Shown here piece by piece: positions 23,355 through 36,095 of a stretch of 51,294 nt of DNA. The position numbers and the translations under genes are program-made. Under the pieces are notes generated by a model. It was not told where the DNA came from, ran no database searches, and saw only the letters and a program-made list of their open reading frames with translations. The stretch spans positions 3,665,032 to 3,716,325 of the forward strand of contig MU054400.1 in the NCBI GenBank assembly GCA_013239625.1, read 5' to 3'. This DNA is from Lama guanicoe. Taxonomy: Eukaryota. Position 1 is the first letter of the stretch, and every line of letters starts with the position of its first letter.

Positions 23355-24040
23355 TAAGGAAGCTAAAAATGACACAAGTTGGGGAGGATATGGAGAACAG
23401 GGAACCTTTGTACCCTAATGGTGAGAATGTAAACTGGTGCAGCCAACGTGGAAACAGCATGAAGGTTCACAAAAAAACTAAAACCAGAACTACCATACGA
23501 CCCAGCAATTCCACTCCTGGGTGTATAGCCCCCAAAAGACAAAAAACACTAATTCGAAAGGATACATGCACCCTAATGTTTACAGCAGCACTGTTTACAA
23601 CTGCCAAGATATGGAGGCAACCTAAATGTTTATCAATGGATGAACACATAAAGATGTGGTATATACATATAATGGAATACTACGCAGCCATAAAAAAGAA
23701 TGAAATGTTGCCATTTGCAGCAACATGGATGGACTAGGAGGACACACTGCTAAGTGAAATATGTCAAAAAATGTATGATACCATTTATATGTGGAATCTA
23801 AAAAATACAACAAACTAGTGAATATAACAACAACAACAAAAAAAGAAGCAGACTCACAGATACAAACTAGTGGTTACCAGTGGGGACGGTAGGGGAGTGA
23901 GAAGCACAAACTACTGAGCGTAAGATACACTACAAGGATCTGTTGTACAACATAGGGAATGCCCCAATATTCTGTAATAACTGTAAATGGAAAGTAACTT
24001 TTAAATTGTATTAAAAATTTTTTAATTTAAAAATATTTCC
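23355..24040 (+). mobile_element. L1 3' end (ORF2 C-terminus plus 3' UTR)
   Basis: ORF 23369-23737 contains CTLMFTAALFTTAKIWRQPKC...MEYYAAIKKNEMLPFAATWMD. Confidence 0.92.
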
Positions 24041-24864
24041 GAAGGGGGGAAAAAAAGGCAATCAGTCAATCAGATAAGGAAGCTAGGAGGTGACCTGACT
24101 GACTGACCTTGACCAGGGTCAGAGAGAGAGAAAGTGATGAGGCTGAAACCAGAGCCAGGCGTGGGGCTTCCTGACCGAGCAGCAGCAGCAGGAGCCTCTA
24201 CCCCACCACCAGCTCTTGCAGCTGCAGGCATCTCAGAGCCGAGTGTTAAGTGTCCTCACCCTCTAACTCTTGTAATACACCCTTCAGTTCAGAGGACTTA
24301 CTGGGTCAAAGTACTACCCACAGAAGGGCATCAGGTTCTGTAGAAGTAATGAAGGACACAGCCCCTGACCTTGGGCAGCTTACATACAGACCAAGAGAAG
24401 TGAAGACTTGGTGGAAAACTCACAGAAAGAGAACTCTCACACACATGCAGGCCACAGGTGGCAGACTATCGCACCGCGGCTTAAACGGAGCAAACAAAAA
24501 GACATCTGTATCCTGAGAGAACAAAGTGTGTCCAGTTCACTGTTATCACACAATTTTCCAGATGCCCGGGATTGGCAGAAGCGCAGGTGCACAGCCGCTC
24601 CCGAGCCTATAAACCTGCAAGAGGGAAGTCCTGCTCTCACCTGCTCTCAGCCCTCCCGAAATCAAGCACAAAGAGCCGTGCAGACGAAGGCCAGCCTCCC
24701 ACGTTCCGGCTGGACGGCAGTGAGGGGACCGCCTCAGAGCGGGTCATTCAGACTGTGGCAGTGTTACTGCCCACAGGCCTCGGACTGGCTTTCCCTGACA
24801 TGTACATGGTGACCGTGCTCCATACAGGGGCCTGTCGAGACGGGGTGACCTGATCATCAGAGCA

Positions 24865-25013
24865 CAGGCGTCCCTCAGTATTACGGGCGGTAGGTTCCAG
24901 GGCCCTTGAGGACCCCCAGAGCCAAGGAGGCCCAAGTCCCTTAATAAAATGGCCTAGGACAGTCAGCCCTCTGAATCTCCGGGTTCCGCATCCACGGACA
25001 CGGAGGGCCAACG
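24865..25013 (+). mobile_element. MER2-like Tigger MITE
   Basis: caggcgtccctcagtat...ggttccagg...caagtcccttaataaaatgg...ttccgcatccacggacacggagggccaacg. Confidence 0.75.
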
Positions 25014-25888
25014 TATTACCACTACATTCCAGCACCGGCATTAGAAAAACGCGATTTCCCCGCGGCGTGGGGTTGCGATGGCAAGTTCACGTGACACGCC
25101 AACTCCACGCGCTCTGGGGAGAAAGGCTGCAGGGGGCAGCTGGGTCGGATGCGGCAACAGTGATGCCAGCCACAGGTGCAGGAGCAAGCGCTGGGACAGT
25201 GTGCGGCTCTGACTGGATGAACACGAACCAGTGCATCAGGAGACTGGCCTCTCCGTCAGCTCCTTCATTCTCAGCACGGAGAGGGCGTGTTAACAGAGGG
25301 CGTGCGGGTGTGCTTCGGGGGCCCTCACCCTAAACACACAACTCTGTGTATCTGTCCATTTATAAATTTGCTAACAAAGAGTCCACACCTTTCACAGGCT
25401 TCTCAAAAAGGGTCTATAATCCAAAGAAAGTTAAGAAACACTAACTCTTTCTAGCTTTCGGTATTTTATAAACACACCCTGGGAGGGACCCCATATCTGG
25501 TACACGGCTTCGGGCACAAGGCTTTAGAAAGATCGATGGGGTCAGCCAGAGTTTCCAATTCACCTGTCACCTCCCAAGAGAACAAGAGTGCGTCCGGCAC
25601 GCACAGCCCCCGGGGCTGGCAGTTCTGCTCGCCGCCCGTCTGAGCGCCCCACGGGGGAGCCGAGCTGCCCTCCCTGTCCCGGGCCTGCTGATCTCCTACG
25701 AGGTCAGAATCTTCCAAGTCAGCATTCACCAAGGGAGGCTATTAATGGCTTATTGTATTTTCATCAATGGGAGGAAAATATGTGAGTCAACATCCAAGGC
25801 TGAGTAACAGTAAGTTGGAACGATTCACTTCCGTCCGAATGCTCTCCAAGGGTCACCAGCCTGACTCAGGTGTCCACAGCCCGGCACG

Positions 25889-26076
25889 CAGTGGTGCTCT
25901 GGGCCAGATACAGCTTTGTTGTGGGAGCAGCCCTGTGCTTTGGAGGGAGCTTAGCAGCACCCTGGCTCCCTACCCACTGTATGCCAGTAACATCTCTTCA
26001 GAGTCGTGACAACCAAAAATGCCTTGGGACATCGCCAAAGGTCTCCTGGAAGCCAATCTGCCCCCGAGAACCACTG
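25889..26076. mobile_element. MER20 (hAT-Charlie)
   Basis: cagtggt...gagaaccactg termini; tacccactgtatgccagtaac; gtgacaaccaaaaatg. Confidence 0.85.
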
Positions 26077-26913
26077 GCCTGGCTGAGTAAGGGTCCGTGT
26101 GCGTATCTTCCAATGACAGTTCCTTGTGCTGCCTACACGTGTCCTTTGCATATGTATGCATTTGGGTGTCCCTGGTTTTAGTTGTGTTTGGTTTTAAAGT
26201 GATCAGAAAGATATTACGGTGAGTGGAAGGACGTGAGCTGGGTGTGAGGTCACCCACACTGCTGCTGGCCAGACAGCTCAAATCCTTCCAGAATGCAATG
26301 TGGCAACTTATACCAACTCACACACTAAACTGAGTCTTTTTTAGAAGGAAATAATCCAAAATAATAACTTTTAAAAGTTAAATGCACTGACGTCAGGCTA
26401 TTTGAGAATAACCAAAACTCAGAGGTAACCTCAATGTCCGACAAACTGGGAAATGGGGAAATAAACTCGGTTCCTCCACGTTATGGCATCTTTAAGAAAA
26501 TACTTTGAAACAGTAAGAATTTTTATGTATACATAATGCAAGATAGTGAAAACATGATTTAAAATTTTTAATGGCAACTGCAATTATGTAAAAACTTCAT
26601 ATGAACTTGGGCATAGACTGAAGAGCAGTCAGTCAAAGCAGGGCTGGGGTCACGGGTGGCTGGTTGTCTCTGAAACCCAAACTTCCTGTGCTTGAGTTAC
26701 TGTTTTTACAAGGATAAAAAGGAAAAAAGAAAATGCAAAGACTACAGCTTCACTCTCGACCCTCTAAGTTGGTTTTTACTATCTTACTAATGAGTTTAGC
26801 TAAACTTCTTAAAGGTTTATGGTTTTGTTTTGATCACTACTCCAAGAAGTAATAGTGTAGAGGTTTCTGTATGAGACTTAAGCTACCAGCCTGAAACAGA
26901 CTGTCATTCACTA

Positions 26914-27170
26914 TCAGCTGGAGATCTAATGCACAGCACGGTGACTACATTTAACACGGTGTATGTGTACTTGCAGTCTGTTGAGTAGATCTTTCAGTGT
27001 TCTCACCACACACACAAAACAAGGTGAATATGGGAGATGATGGATGGTTAATTAGCCTGACTGGGGGCATCAGTCCACAACGACAGGTACATTGGAACAT
27101 CACGTTTTACACTTTAAATACATGCGATGATTATTGTCACACATGCCTCAAAAAAGCTGGAAAAATTAAA
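26914..27170 (+). mobile_element. L1MA9/10-like 3' end
   Basis: ctggagatctaatgcacagcacggtgacta; gtagatctttcagtgttctcaccacaca; cctcaaaaaagctggaaaaa. Confidence 0.8.
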
Positions 27171-27618
27171 ATCCTCCATTCTCACTGCAGAAATTTGGAA
27201 AGACACAAGTCTCAGTGCCAACACCCAGTGATAAATTAATACTAGGCCAAGACTGTTTTTAGTCCGAGTTTGACTTCAGTCACACCTGAGCACTTCTCGA
27301 TCACATTTGTAAAGGCTTTATATTACTGACTTAACCAGGACACCTACGCTTTACAGAGTTCTCAGGTACGTGTCTTAAGGAATATTGAGTGGAGCCATTT
27401 CCTGCTAAGGAGAACTGCTCTCTCACTGCTGACAAATAAAATGCATGATTTCTGAAGGACGTGGCTCTTAGAAGGGACTGACCCTTTCCCACCGCGACCG
27501 TATGCTCCGTAACAGGAAAGGCGAGTGGAGGTTCTGCTGGACCCCGTCCACCGCCTTCCTCTTAAAGCACGTCCCCCCCGTGACGTGAGGGGCGTGCACT
27601 TGATTCTGACACACTTAC

Positions 27619-27721
27619 AGGTCGTAGGAGAACTTCCTCTCCAGGTTGGACTGGTTCTTCTGAAACTGGAGGACCTCCTGCTGCAGCTTGCCGTAATTCT
27701 TCTGCAGGGCCTTCAACTGGT
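27619..27721 (-). CDS. GOLM1: GOLM1 exon 5, (D)QLKALQKNYGKLQQEVLQFQKNQSNLERKFSYD(L)
   Basis: CAG acceptor 27724-27722, CT|GTAAGT donor, 103 nt phase 1/2; coiled-coil segment close to recalled human sequence. Confidence 0.97.
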
Positions 27722-27812
27722 CTGAACCGAGAGCAGGACACGAAAGCACACAGTCACCAGCCCGGCCGTCATGACAACAGAAGACACATCGACACTCACC
27801 CCAGCCGGGGTT

Positions 27813-27944
27813 GGGGAGGGTACAGCTCAGTGGTAGGGCGCAGGCTTAGCGTGCACGAGGTCCTGGGTTCAGTCCCCAGCACCTCCATCAAAATAAACAA
27901 ACAAACCTAATTACCTCCCCCCTCCAAAAAAATGTTTTAAAAAA
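27813..27944 (+). mobile_element. vic-1-type SINE
   Basis: ggggagggtacagctcagtggtag...gggttcagtccccagc...aaacctaattacctcccc; degenerate TSD actcaccccag/acccaccacag. Confidence 0.92.
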
Positions 27945-28639
27945 CCCACCACAGGAACACAATGGGCCATGGTACCCAGAGAATGAGAAGGGGAAAAGGG
28001 CCAAGAGTACGGTCCCTCCCCTTCAATCACTGCACCCAGGAAGCAGCCCGGAGCGTGAGCGGTCCTGCCGGAGCCCCCACCTCGATTCCTCTCACAACTG
28101 ATCTAATTCTCCTTTTTTGACCTCCTACCTTTATGACACATCAGGAGGGTCTACCGCCTGTTCCTCTAAGACGTCGTAAACCCTGAACTGCCCCCCAAGC
28201 CCACACACGCCACACTGTGTCCTCAGCCCCCAGCAGACTTACCCTGTGGTCTGACAAACTCTGATTTCAACACGCGGTCAGATACGCTGCCACCCCTGCC
28301 GAGCCCCCGCCCTCGGCCACCGGCTCCTCTCCGGTATTCTTCTCCTGTCACTCAGTCACAGCCCAGCTGTCCTCTGAGGCTCGTGTGCACTGATCCCCGA
28401 CTCTCCAATTCGGGAAACAACAGCTCTCCCTAAGGAAATCCAGCTGCCCTGACGACTCAGCTCATAAACGCTCTGTAGCAAAAAGCAGCAGCTTGCGGAC
28501 CAAGAACCAAGCTGCGGGCAGAAGGAAACGCTGCCACCGGAATGGGCAGAGGGCAGCAACGGGGGCCCGGAACACAGCCTGGACAGACACCCGACTTTCC
28601 CTGGGGTCTGTCCTCACAACCTAGACCTACAAAGCTCTC

Positions 28640-29295
28640 TGGGGGGAAATAAAATTAAAATGAAGGACTCAAAGAACTGCTGACACACACAGCAACACAG
28701 ATCGATGTCAAAAGCATTCACACGAAATGCTCGAACAGACACAGCTGTAAGGGTGGACACTCGCTGGGGGCCGGAGGTGGGGGCTCCCTGGAGTGAGGGA
28801 CATGAGCTGTGTCTTGCCGCTGGTGGTCGAGGTGACTGTGAGTGCGTCAAAACACACAAAAGTGTACCCTTTGTGTGTAAATTATACTCAACAAACCTAA
28901 CTTTAAAAAGAAGATTCCATAATCACACCAAGCATGGGGCAAGGGAACGCTACCCAAGTAATAAAAAGGAATAAACCGACAGCCATGACAGCAAGGATGA
29001 GTTTCAAAACACACACTGAGAAAATGCAGCCACAGGAAAGGGGGGACCTGCCATCTGACTCCACGCATACAAAACTGTGAAAATGACAGCCTGATCCAGA
29101 GGGCCGGCCAGCAGACCAGAGGGAGCCCGGGGAGGGTTACCGAGGACACAGAGAAACTTCTCAGGGTGATGGATGTGTTCACTGTGTGATGGTTTCTTGA
29201 AGCGTGTGCTCATGTCACAACTTGTCAAACTGGGCACTTTAAACAGGTGTAGCTTACTGTGTGTCGATTATACCTGATTAAAGCGATTTTAAAAT
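28640..29295 (+). mobile_element. Old L1M 3'-end fragments
   Basis: gtgtaaattatactcaacaaa; gaaacttctcagggtgatggatgtgttc; tactgtgtgtcgattatacct. Confidence 0.65.
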
Positions 29296-29462
29296 ACTGA
29301 GTACAGGAAAGGCTTCAGGACATACTCCCCACTGGAGGACTGACCCACAAAGCCAGCAGCTCTGAGAGGCCCCTGGCAGTCAAGTAACCCACCTAACTTT
29401 GTGAATTTCTGCGTTTCCCCTGTTAATATTCTTAGAAGCTGATGTGGAACTAGAATTCTGGA

Positions 29463-29722
29463 CCAGCACTGCCAAACAGAACAATAATGCAAGCCACCTG
29501 GGTAATGTAAAATTTTCTAGCGACCACATTTGAAAAAAGCAAATGAGACCAGGTGGAATTAATTTGAATAATGATTTCATTTAACCCAACAGATATAAAA
29601 CAGCACCATGACAACGTATGAATTAAAAAATTGTGAATGAGGTATTTTATATTCTTTTTTTCATACTAAGTCTTTGAAACCTGGTGTGTATTTTACAGTC
29701 ATATAGCATCTCAATTCAGATG
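29463..29722. mobile_element. MER33 (hAT-Charlie)
   Basis: taatgcaagccac...taaaattttctagcgaccacatt; catactaagtctttgaaacctggtgtgtattttaca. Confidence 0.8.
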
Positions 29723-29749
29723 TTAAATCTGAACTGGGAATTCTTTTTT

Positions 29750-30215
29750 TGCTGTTAAATTTTAATCTTATTTTTTATTGAAGTGTAGTCGGTTTACAAT
29801 GGTAGTTTCAGGTGTACAGCAAAGTGACTCAGTTATACACATGCATATTTTTTTTCGGATTCTTTTCCATTATACGCTATTACAAGAAAGTGAATATAGT
29901 TCCCTGTGCTACACAGTAGGTCCCTGTTGTTTGTCTATTTTATAGAGTAATGTGTGTCTGTTAATCCCAACCTCCTAACATATCCCTCCTCTGCCCTTTC
30001 CCATTTGGTAACCATAGTCTGCTTTCTATGTCTGTGACTATTTTTGGTTTGTAAATAAAATCTGTACTCTTTTTTAGATTCCACATACAAGTGATATATC
30101 TGTCTTTTTCCGTCTGACTTATTTCACTTAATATGACAATCTCTAGATCCACCCATGTTGGCATTTACTTCATTCTCTTTTATGACTGATACTCCATTCT
30201 ATGTATAGATACCAC
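29750..30215 (-). mobile_element. L1 3' end (artiodactyl/camelid type)
   Basis: ttttattgaagtgtagtcggtttacaat...tgaatatagttccctgtgctacacagtaggtc; ORF 29961-30164 TWVDLEIVILSEISQTEKD. Confidence 0.9.
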
Positions 30216-30425
30216 TGAATTCTCTACGTAACAGCCTGCAGTGTATTCAGTAACATTTTTAAAAGGAAACGCTAAGGAAACGGGCAAAAAGAATTACTTC
30301 TAATTCTAATTACTCGTAGTATCGCCCCTCCCTAGATCCTAACAAGAGAACTGAGAAAAGAGCAGAGCACAGGTGGTTTGTCCTAACAGGCCTGACGTCT
30401 GGGTGAAGGTGGGAGTGGAACTCAC

Positions 30426-30480
30426 CTTGCAAGGTTCTGATGAGCCGCTCTCCTGTGGTGATGTTATTCACTAAAACCGC
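30426..30480 (-). CDS. GOLM1: GOLM1 exon 4, AVLVNNITTGERLIRTLQ
   Basis: CCTTGCAG acceptor, AAG|GTGAGT donor, 55 nt phase 0/1; matches recalled human AVLVNNITTGERLIRVLQ. Confidence 0.97.
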
Positions 30481-31859
30481 CTGCAAGGAAGAGAAACACA
30501 AAATCAAACACCCGTGACCTAACAACTCAGAAGGGCCCTGATAAGATGTGCTTGTGGGAGAAAAGGATGGGGTTGCAGGGGTGGGCAGCCCCGTCCCCAC
30601 CCGGGCTACCAGATGCTGCAGCCTGAAAAGCAGCAGCAGCTGCGGCCCAGCACCAGCCTGTCACCCAGGGAAGGGGCGGGCGGCCCCCTCCTGTCCAGCC
30701 CTGCGGGCAGAAGCAGCAACTCCAGCCTTTCTCTCGGGGTGCCGGGCTGCAGCCCCGTCTCGGTCAGGAGTCAGACTGAATTCCAGGCTGTCTGATGGGG
30801 AAAGAGAAGGGGCTTCAGCGAGCACTAAGCCTCCTGGCGGGTTAACTGCCGGCATTCTTCCTCCCACCCGAGTCTGCGAGCTCGGGGACGGAGGGGTCAG
30901 CCCCGCCACTTACATGGGTGGGAGAAGCAACACAGGACTCAGGATAACAGTGAAACACATAAAAGGTAAGGAGAGTGATTGTGAGGTTAAGTGTAACCAG
31001 GGCCCGGAGGCACTGGGTCACCACTCTGGGCCAGGAGCCCCTCTGGGCCCCCCACATCCACTAGGTGGGCAGAATACGACCCCACCTCGGGGGGCAGGAC
31101 ACTGAGGCACAGACGGCTTTAGGACTCAAGGTCACGCGGCTTTCTCAACAGCACACAGGTCTGCCCAGAGCCGGAGCCTGTCCGCGCTGCGAGCTGGCCT
31201 CATGGGGACCTGAACCCCAGCGGGGCCGCAGCCTAGTGGACCGTGCCCCGTGCTGAGGCTAACAAGCACCCAACAAAGAGGGGCCGAGAAGATTCAATGC
31301 CAGAGCACACCGCACACGTAGGGGCTGCTCTGTGCGCACACAGAGGTGCGTACAGGCCATAACGTGAATGCTTCTTACTGAGTCACAATCAACAAAGTTT
31401 CTGCAAAACACACACACACTCAACCTGCTGGCTGTAACTCAGAGACACGCTCTGTCCCATTCCCGGGCAGAGGAAGACAAGGACAACCAGGTTGCCTCAC
31501 CCGCCTGTGCCCCCGTTTCCTCCTGGGCCTCTCTGTCCAGCCCTCGCTCCTTCTCTGGCCTGGCTAGAGTTTTCCGGAGGAAGGTGTTTGTGAGTACAAG
31601 GGTGCGTACCTAGAAATGAAATCTGGCCAAAAGAATCTGGTGTTTATTTCAGGAGGTCTGAGCACGTGGAATGTTTCCTGGCACAACAGGAAATAAGTCT
31701 CAGCAATGCCGTCTGTATAATTACTCTCTCAGGGAGACCTCGTCAAGAGGAGTGTTCACAGGTACTCTACGCGGGCCAGGCGGGGAAGCAGATTCACAGA
31801 GCTCGCAGCGCCTGCTACTCTCAGAAAAGGCTGACACAAGTTCAGTTAAAAAGGCGAAA

Positions 31860-32312
31860 GATCACCCTAAGACCCAGTGGTCCCTCTTTCAGGTATATAT
31901 CCAAAAGAACAGAAAGCAGGACCTTGAAGAGATATCTGTGCCCATGTTCATAGCAGCACTAGTCACAACAGTCAAGAGCTGAGGCAATCCAGCTGTCCCT
32001 CAGTGGATGAACAGAGAAAGAAAATGTGGCCTACACACATGATGGAATAGTATACAGCCTTGAAAAAGAAGGGCTGTCACATGCTACAGCATGGGTGAAC
32101 CTTGAGGACATCATGCTAAGACAAGTCACATATGGGCAAGTCTAAAGCAGACAAAATCATAAAAACAGAAAAGTAGAAAGGTGGCTGCCAAGCGCTGGGG
32201 GAGGGGAACTAGTGTGTAACGAGCAAAGGGTCTCAGTGTTGCGAGGCCTAGACATTTGTTGCACAACAACATGAATATACTTAAAGCTACTGAACTGTTT
32301 GTACACTTAAAC
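31860..32312 (+). mobile_element. L1MB-like 3' end
   Basis: cccatgttcatagcagcacta; catgctacagcatgggtgaaccttgaggacatcatgctaag; ctactgaactg..tacacttaaa. Confidence 0.85.
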
Positions 32313-33464
32313 TTCCACCTTACAGGGGTATCAAAACCACCTTCCCTCTGAACATCAGTGCTGAAACAACACAGAAGAGAAGGAGTACTCACCTGGTTAT
32401 CCTGAAAGTCACCATCTCCCGGGCAAATCATTCCTACAGCAATTATAGCAATTTGACTTGTCCCTTCTTCATTCATTCCCCATAGCCTCACCCCAAAAAT
32501 CCATGAGAGTCTGAACTGCCTGCTGGCTCAGGAATTGCTGCAATCTGAAACACCTGAAGATATTTCTGCCACCCATGTGACTTTATTCTTCCAAAGAAAC
32601 TATCTTTGCCCACCTACTTACTGATGCATGGAAAGATAGTCCCCACCTAAGTAAATGAGAAAAATCATAAAATGCCATCAAGGTCTTTATATATGCAGTT
32701 TTCTATTTATTGAAAATCCTGCTGAGTCATTTACAGGAAAACTATGAAAATGCTTCTAGCTTTTCTGGGGAGTTCACCATAAAAAAGCACCTGCATTAAA
32801 CAAAATTATTTTTAAATGAATTACATATTATACTCTAAACAGCCCAGCTGATTTTGCTATTCATGCAGAGTGACTTCCTGGGGTGTGTGAACCGGGAACT
32901 CTCAGCAGCAGACAAGGAGGCAGTACGTGCCACCAGAATTTAACTGGACACTAAACTCAAAAGACCTCAGAATGACTCACCCACAAACAAATGTATTATA
33001 ACCATTCTATTCCAGGGAACAAGTACATCTGATCAAACTATTATTTCTCCATTAGATTCCTAGAAAATTTCATGGTAAATTTTCAAAGAAATAAATCTAC
33101 AAGAGATTATCCTGTTCTGAAAGCTAAATGAGATGTAAATGACAATTTTTTAAATGCTACCTTTTGAAAAGTTCACTGAACGTGTGATGCTGATCACATT
33201 ATAAAAAAGAGAAGGTGACTTTTACTGCTATCTTTGTTTGGCTCATTAAAATAATCAACTTGTTTTGGAGATGAGGGTCCACCTTAACTTAAGCCTTACT
33301 AAACATGACCCTCAAAGGATCTCACCCTTGTCAACGCCCCCAGCAATCAGGTGCCTTGATAATGTCTCTGTAATGACATTCCTGTTAGTGCCTCAGAGAT
33401 GAATCTCCAAATGAAAAACTTAACCTCAGTGACCTGTGAATGACATTAAGAATAAAGGGGAGAT

Positions 33465-35435
33465 CTGTCAGATTTCCGGTCAAGATGGCAGAATACTAGG
33501 GCCACGAGTTCACCTCTCCTCACGGCTACAACGAAACCACAACTGACTGCTAAACAACCATCGGGGGAAAAAAAGACTGGAACCTAGCAAAAAATATCTT
33601 CCTCAACTGGAAACATAAAGAGGAAACCACAGCAGGATGGTAGGAGGGGCGTGCTCGTGATATAATCTGGCCCCACACCCCCTCCCCACAGGAGTGAGAG
33701 TCCTGAGCCCCACGTCAGGCCCCCCAGCCCGGGGTTCCGGCATTGGGAGGAGGAGACCCCAGGACAACTGGTTTTGAAGGCCAGCGGGGCTTAGCTCCAG
33801 GAGCCCCACAGGACTGGGGGAAACAGAGATGTCATTCTCTTGGGAAGAGCACACAGAATCTCACGTGCACCAGGTCCAAGGGCAGAGGCAGTGATTTCAT
33901 AGGAACCTGGGCCAGACCTGCCTGCTGGTTTTGGAGGATTTCCTGGGGAGGTAGGGGACAGCTGCAGCTCACCTAGGGGACATAAAAGCTGGTGGCAGAC
34001 AATCCGAGAGTATTCATCTACATGAGCTTTCTAGGAGGCTGACACCTTGATTGGATCATTAGCACCAAGACCTAGCCCCACCCAACAGCCTGTAGGCTTA
34101 AGGGCTGGGAAGCCGCAGGCCAAACAACATACTGGCTGGGAACACCGCCCCACCCATCAGCAGGCCTCCTGAGCCACAAACGTCCTACCCACCAGAGGCC
34201 CAGGACCAAGCTTCACCCAGCAGTGGGCAGGCACCAGCTCCTCCTGCCAGGGAACCTGCATAAGCCTACAGTCCAGCCTCATCCACCAGAGGGAAGATAC
34301 CAGAAATAAGAAAACAATTCCAAATCCTGTGGAAGGAATCCACAAACACAGGCCAGACTCTACGCTGGGACTGGCTGGATCCTGGCCCTTGGGTGACAAG
34401 AGAGGAGTGTACTGCTGGGACACATGGGACGTCTCCCACAGAGGGCCACCTCTCCAAGGTCAAGAAACATAACTAACCTACCTAAAAACACAGACAGAAA
34501 GATAGACAATATGAGGCAGCAGAGGAATTATCTCCCAGGCCAAGGCACAAGATAAAATCCCAGTAGAAGACAAAAGTGATGAGGAGATAGGTAATTTAAC
34601 TGAGCAAGAGTTTAATGATGGTGAAGATGTTCAAAGAACTCAAGAGGAGTATAGATGCACAGAATGAAGTTTTTAGCAGAATTGGAAAATCTAAAGAATA
34701 CCCAAACAGAGTTAAAGAATAAAATCACTGAAATGAATACACTAGAAGGAACCAAGAACAGACTAAATGAGGCAGAAGAACGGATCAGCGAGCTAGAAGA
34801 CAGATTAGTGGAAATCACTACTGCAGAATAGAAAAAAGAAAAGAATGAAAAGAAATGATGTTACTTTAACAGAACTCTGGGACAACATTAAGTCCACTGA
34901 TATATGCATTATGGGATCCCAGAAAAAGAAGAGAGAAAGGACCTGAGAAAAATTTTGGAGAGATAATAACTGAAAATATCCCCAAATTAGGAAAGGAAAC
35001 AGTCACCCATATCCAGGAAGCACAGAGAGTTCCACACAGGATCAACCCAAAGATGAGCACACCAAGGCACATAGTAATCAAATTGACAAAAATTAAGGAT
35101 GAGGAGAAAATATTAAAATCAACAAGAGAAAAGCAACAAATAACATACAAGGGAACTCCCATAAGGTTATCAGCTGATTTTTCAGCAGAAACTGTACAGG
35201 CCAGAAGGGAGTGGCACGATATATTTAAAGTGATGGAAGGGAAAAACCTACAACCAAGAACACTCTATCCAGCAAGGCTCTTGTTCAGATTTGATGGAGA
35301 AATCAAAAGCTTCATAAACAAACGCTTAAAGAATTCAGCATCACCAAACCAGCTTTACAACAAATGTTAAAGGAACTTCTCTAGTCATCAAACAAAAAAG
35401 AGAACAAAGAAGGAAGAGGGGAAAAAGACCTACAA
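33465..35435 (+). mobile_element. L1 5' UTR plus frameshifted ORF1 (~34511-35384)
   Basis: caagatggcagaata 5' start; ORF 35053-35370 is ORF1p C-terminal (TPRHIVIKL...GTPIRLSADFSAET..ARREW...YPARL). Confidence 0.92.
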
Positions 35436-35439
35436 AAGA

Positions 35440-35935
35440 TGTCTTTGGCACTTCGGGGTCTTTTAGGGTTCCATATAAATTTTGGAAATGTTTGTTCTAG
35501 TTCTGTGAAAAATGTCATGAGTGTTGACAGGGGTTGCACTGGATCTGTAGATTGCTTTGGGTAGTACGGCCATTTTAATAACGTTGATTCTTCCAATCCA
35601 AGAGCGTATGTTTCCATTTCCTTGTATCATCTTCAATTTCCTTCATCAATGGTTTACAGTTTTCAGAGTATAGATAACCTCCTTGGTTAAGTTTATTTCT
35701 AGATATTTTGTTGTTTTTGATGCAATGGAAATGTTTATGCCAGTTATAAGATTTCCTGTTTCTTAAGTGGGAAAAAAAAAAGTGAATGAAGGGATATAAA
35801 TGGCAAAATATCCTTCTTTCTCATTGGTGAGTTATATTCCATTACATAATATGCTACATATTCTTTATCCATTCATCTATTGATGTGCACTTAGGATACT
35901 TCCACATTTGACAATTATAAATAATGTTGCTGTTA
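35440..35935 (-). mobile_element. Two inverted L1 ORF2 fragments (~35440-35730 and ~35810-35935)
   Basis: gtagattgctttgggtagtacggccatttt...gattcttccaatccaagagc; ttctttatccattcatctattgatgtgcacttagg. Confidence 0.85.
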
Positions 35936-36095
35936 AAAAAAAAATGCCTGGAGGGCTGCATGGAGGAGGCGCCCAGAGCCACAGCAGTCCAAGGACCACC
36001 ACACCTGTTGTGGCCACAGAAGGGGCCGAGCCAAGTTGGCCAGGATGATCCAGAGCACAAAGGCAGGGCCATAGGTGGTGAGGACCCCTCTTTAC

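Noticed and set aside
30548..31105. 185-aa ORF on +
   Set aside because: Non-ATG start, GC-rich intron, no recognisable domain or splice context.
35053..35370. L1 ORF1p-like ORF as a possible domesticated gene
   Set aside because: The rest of ORF1 has frameshifts and stops; ordinary decayed L1.
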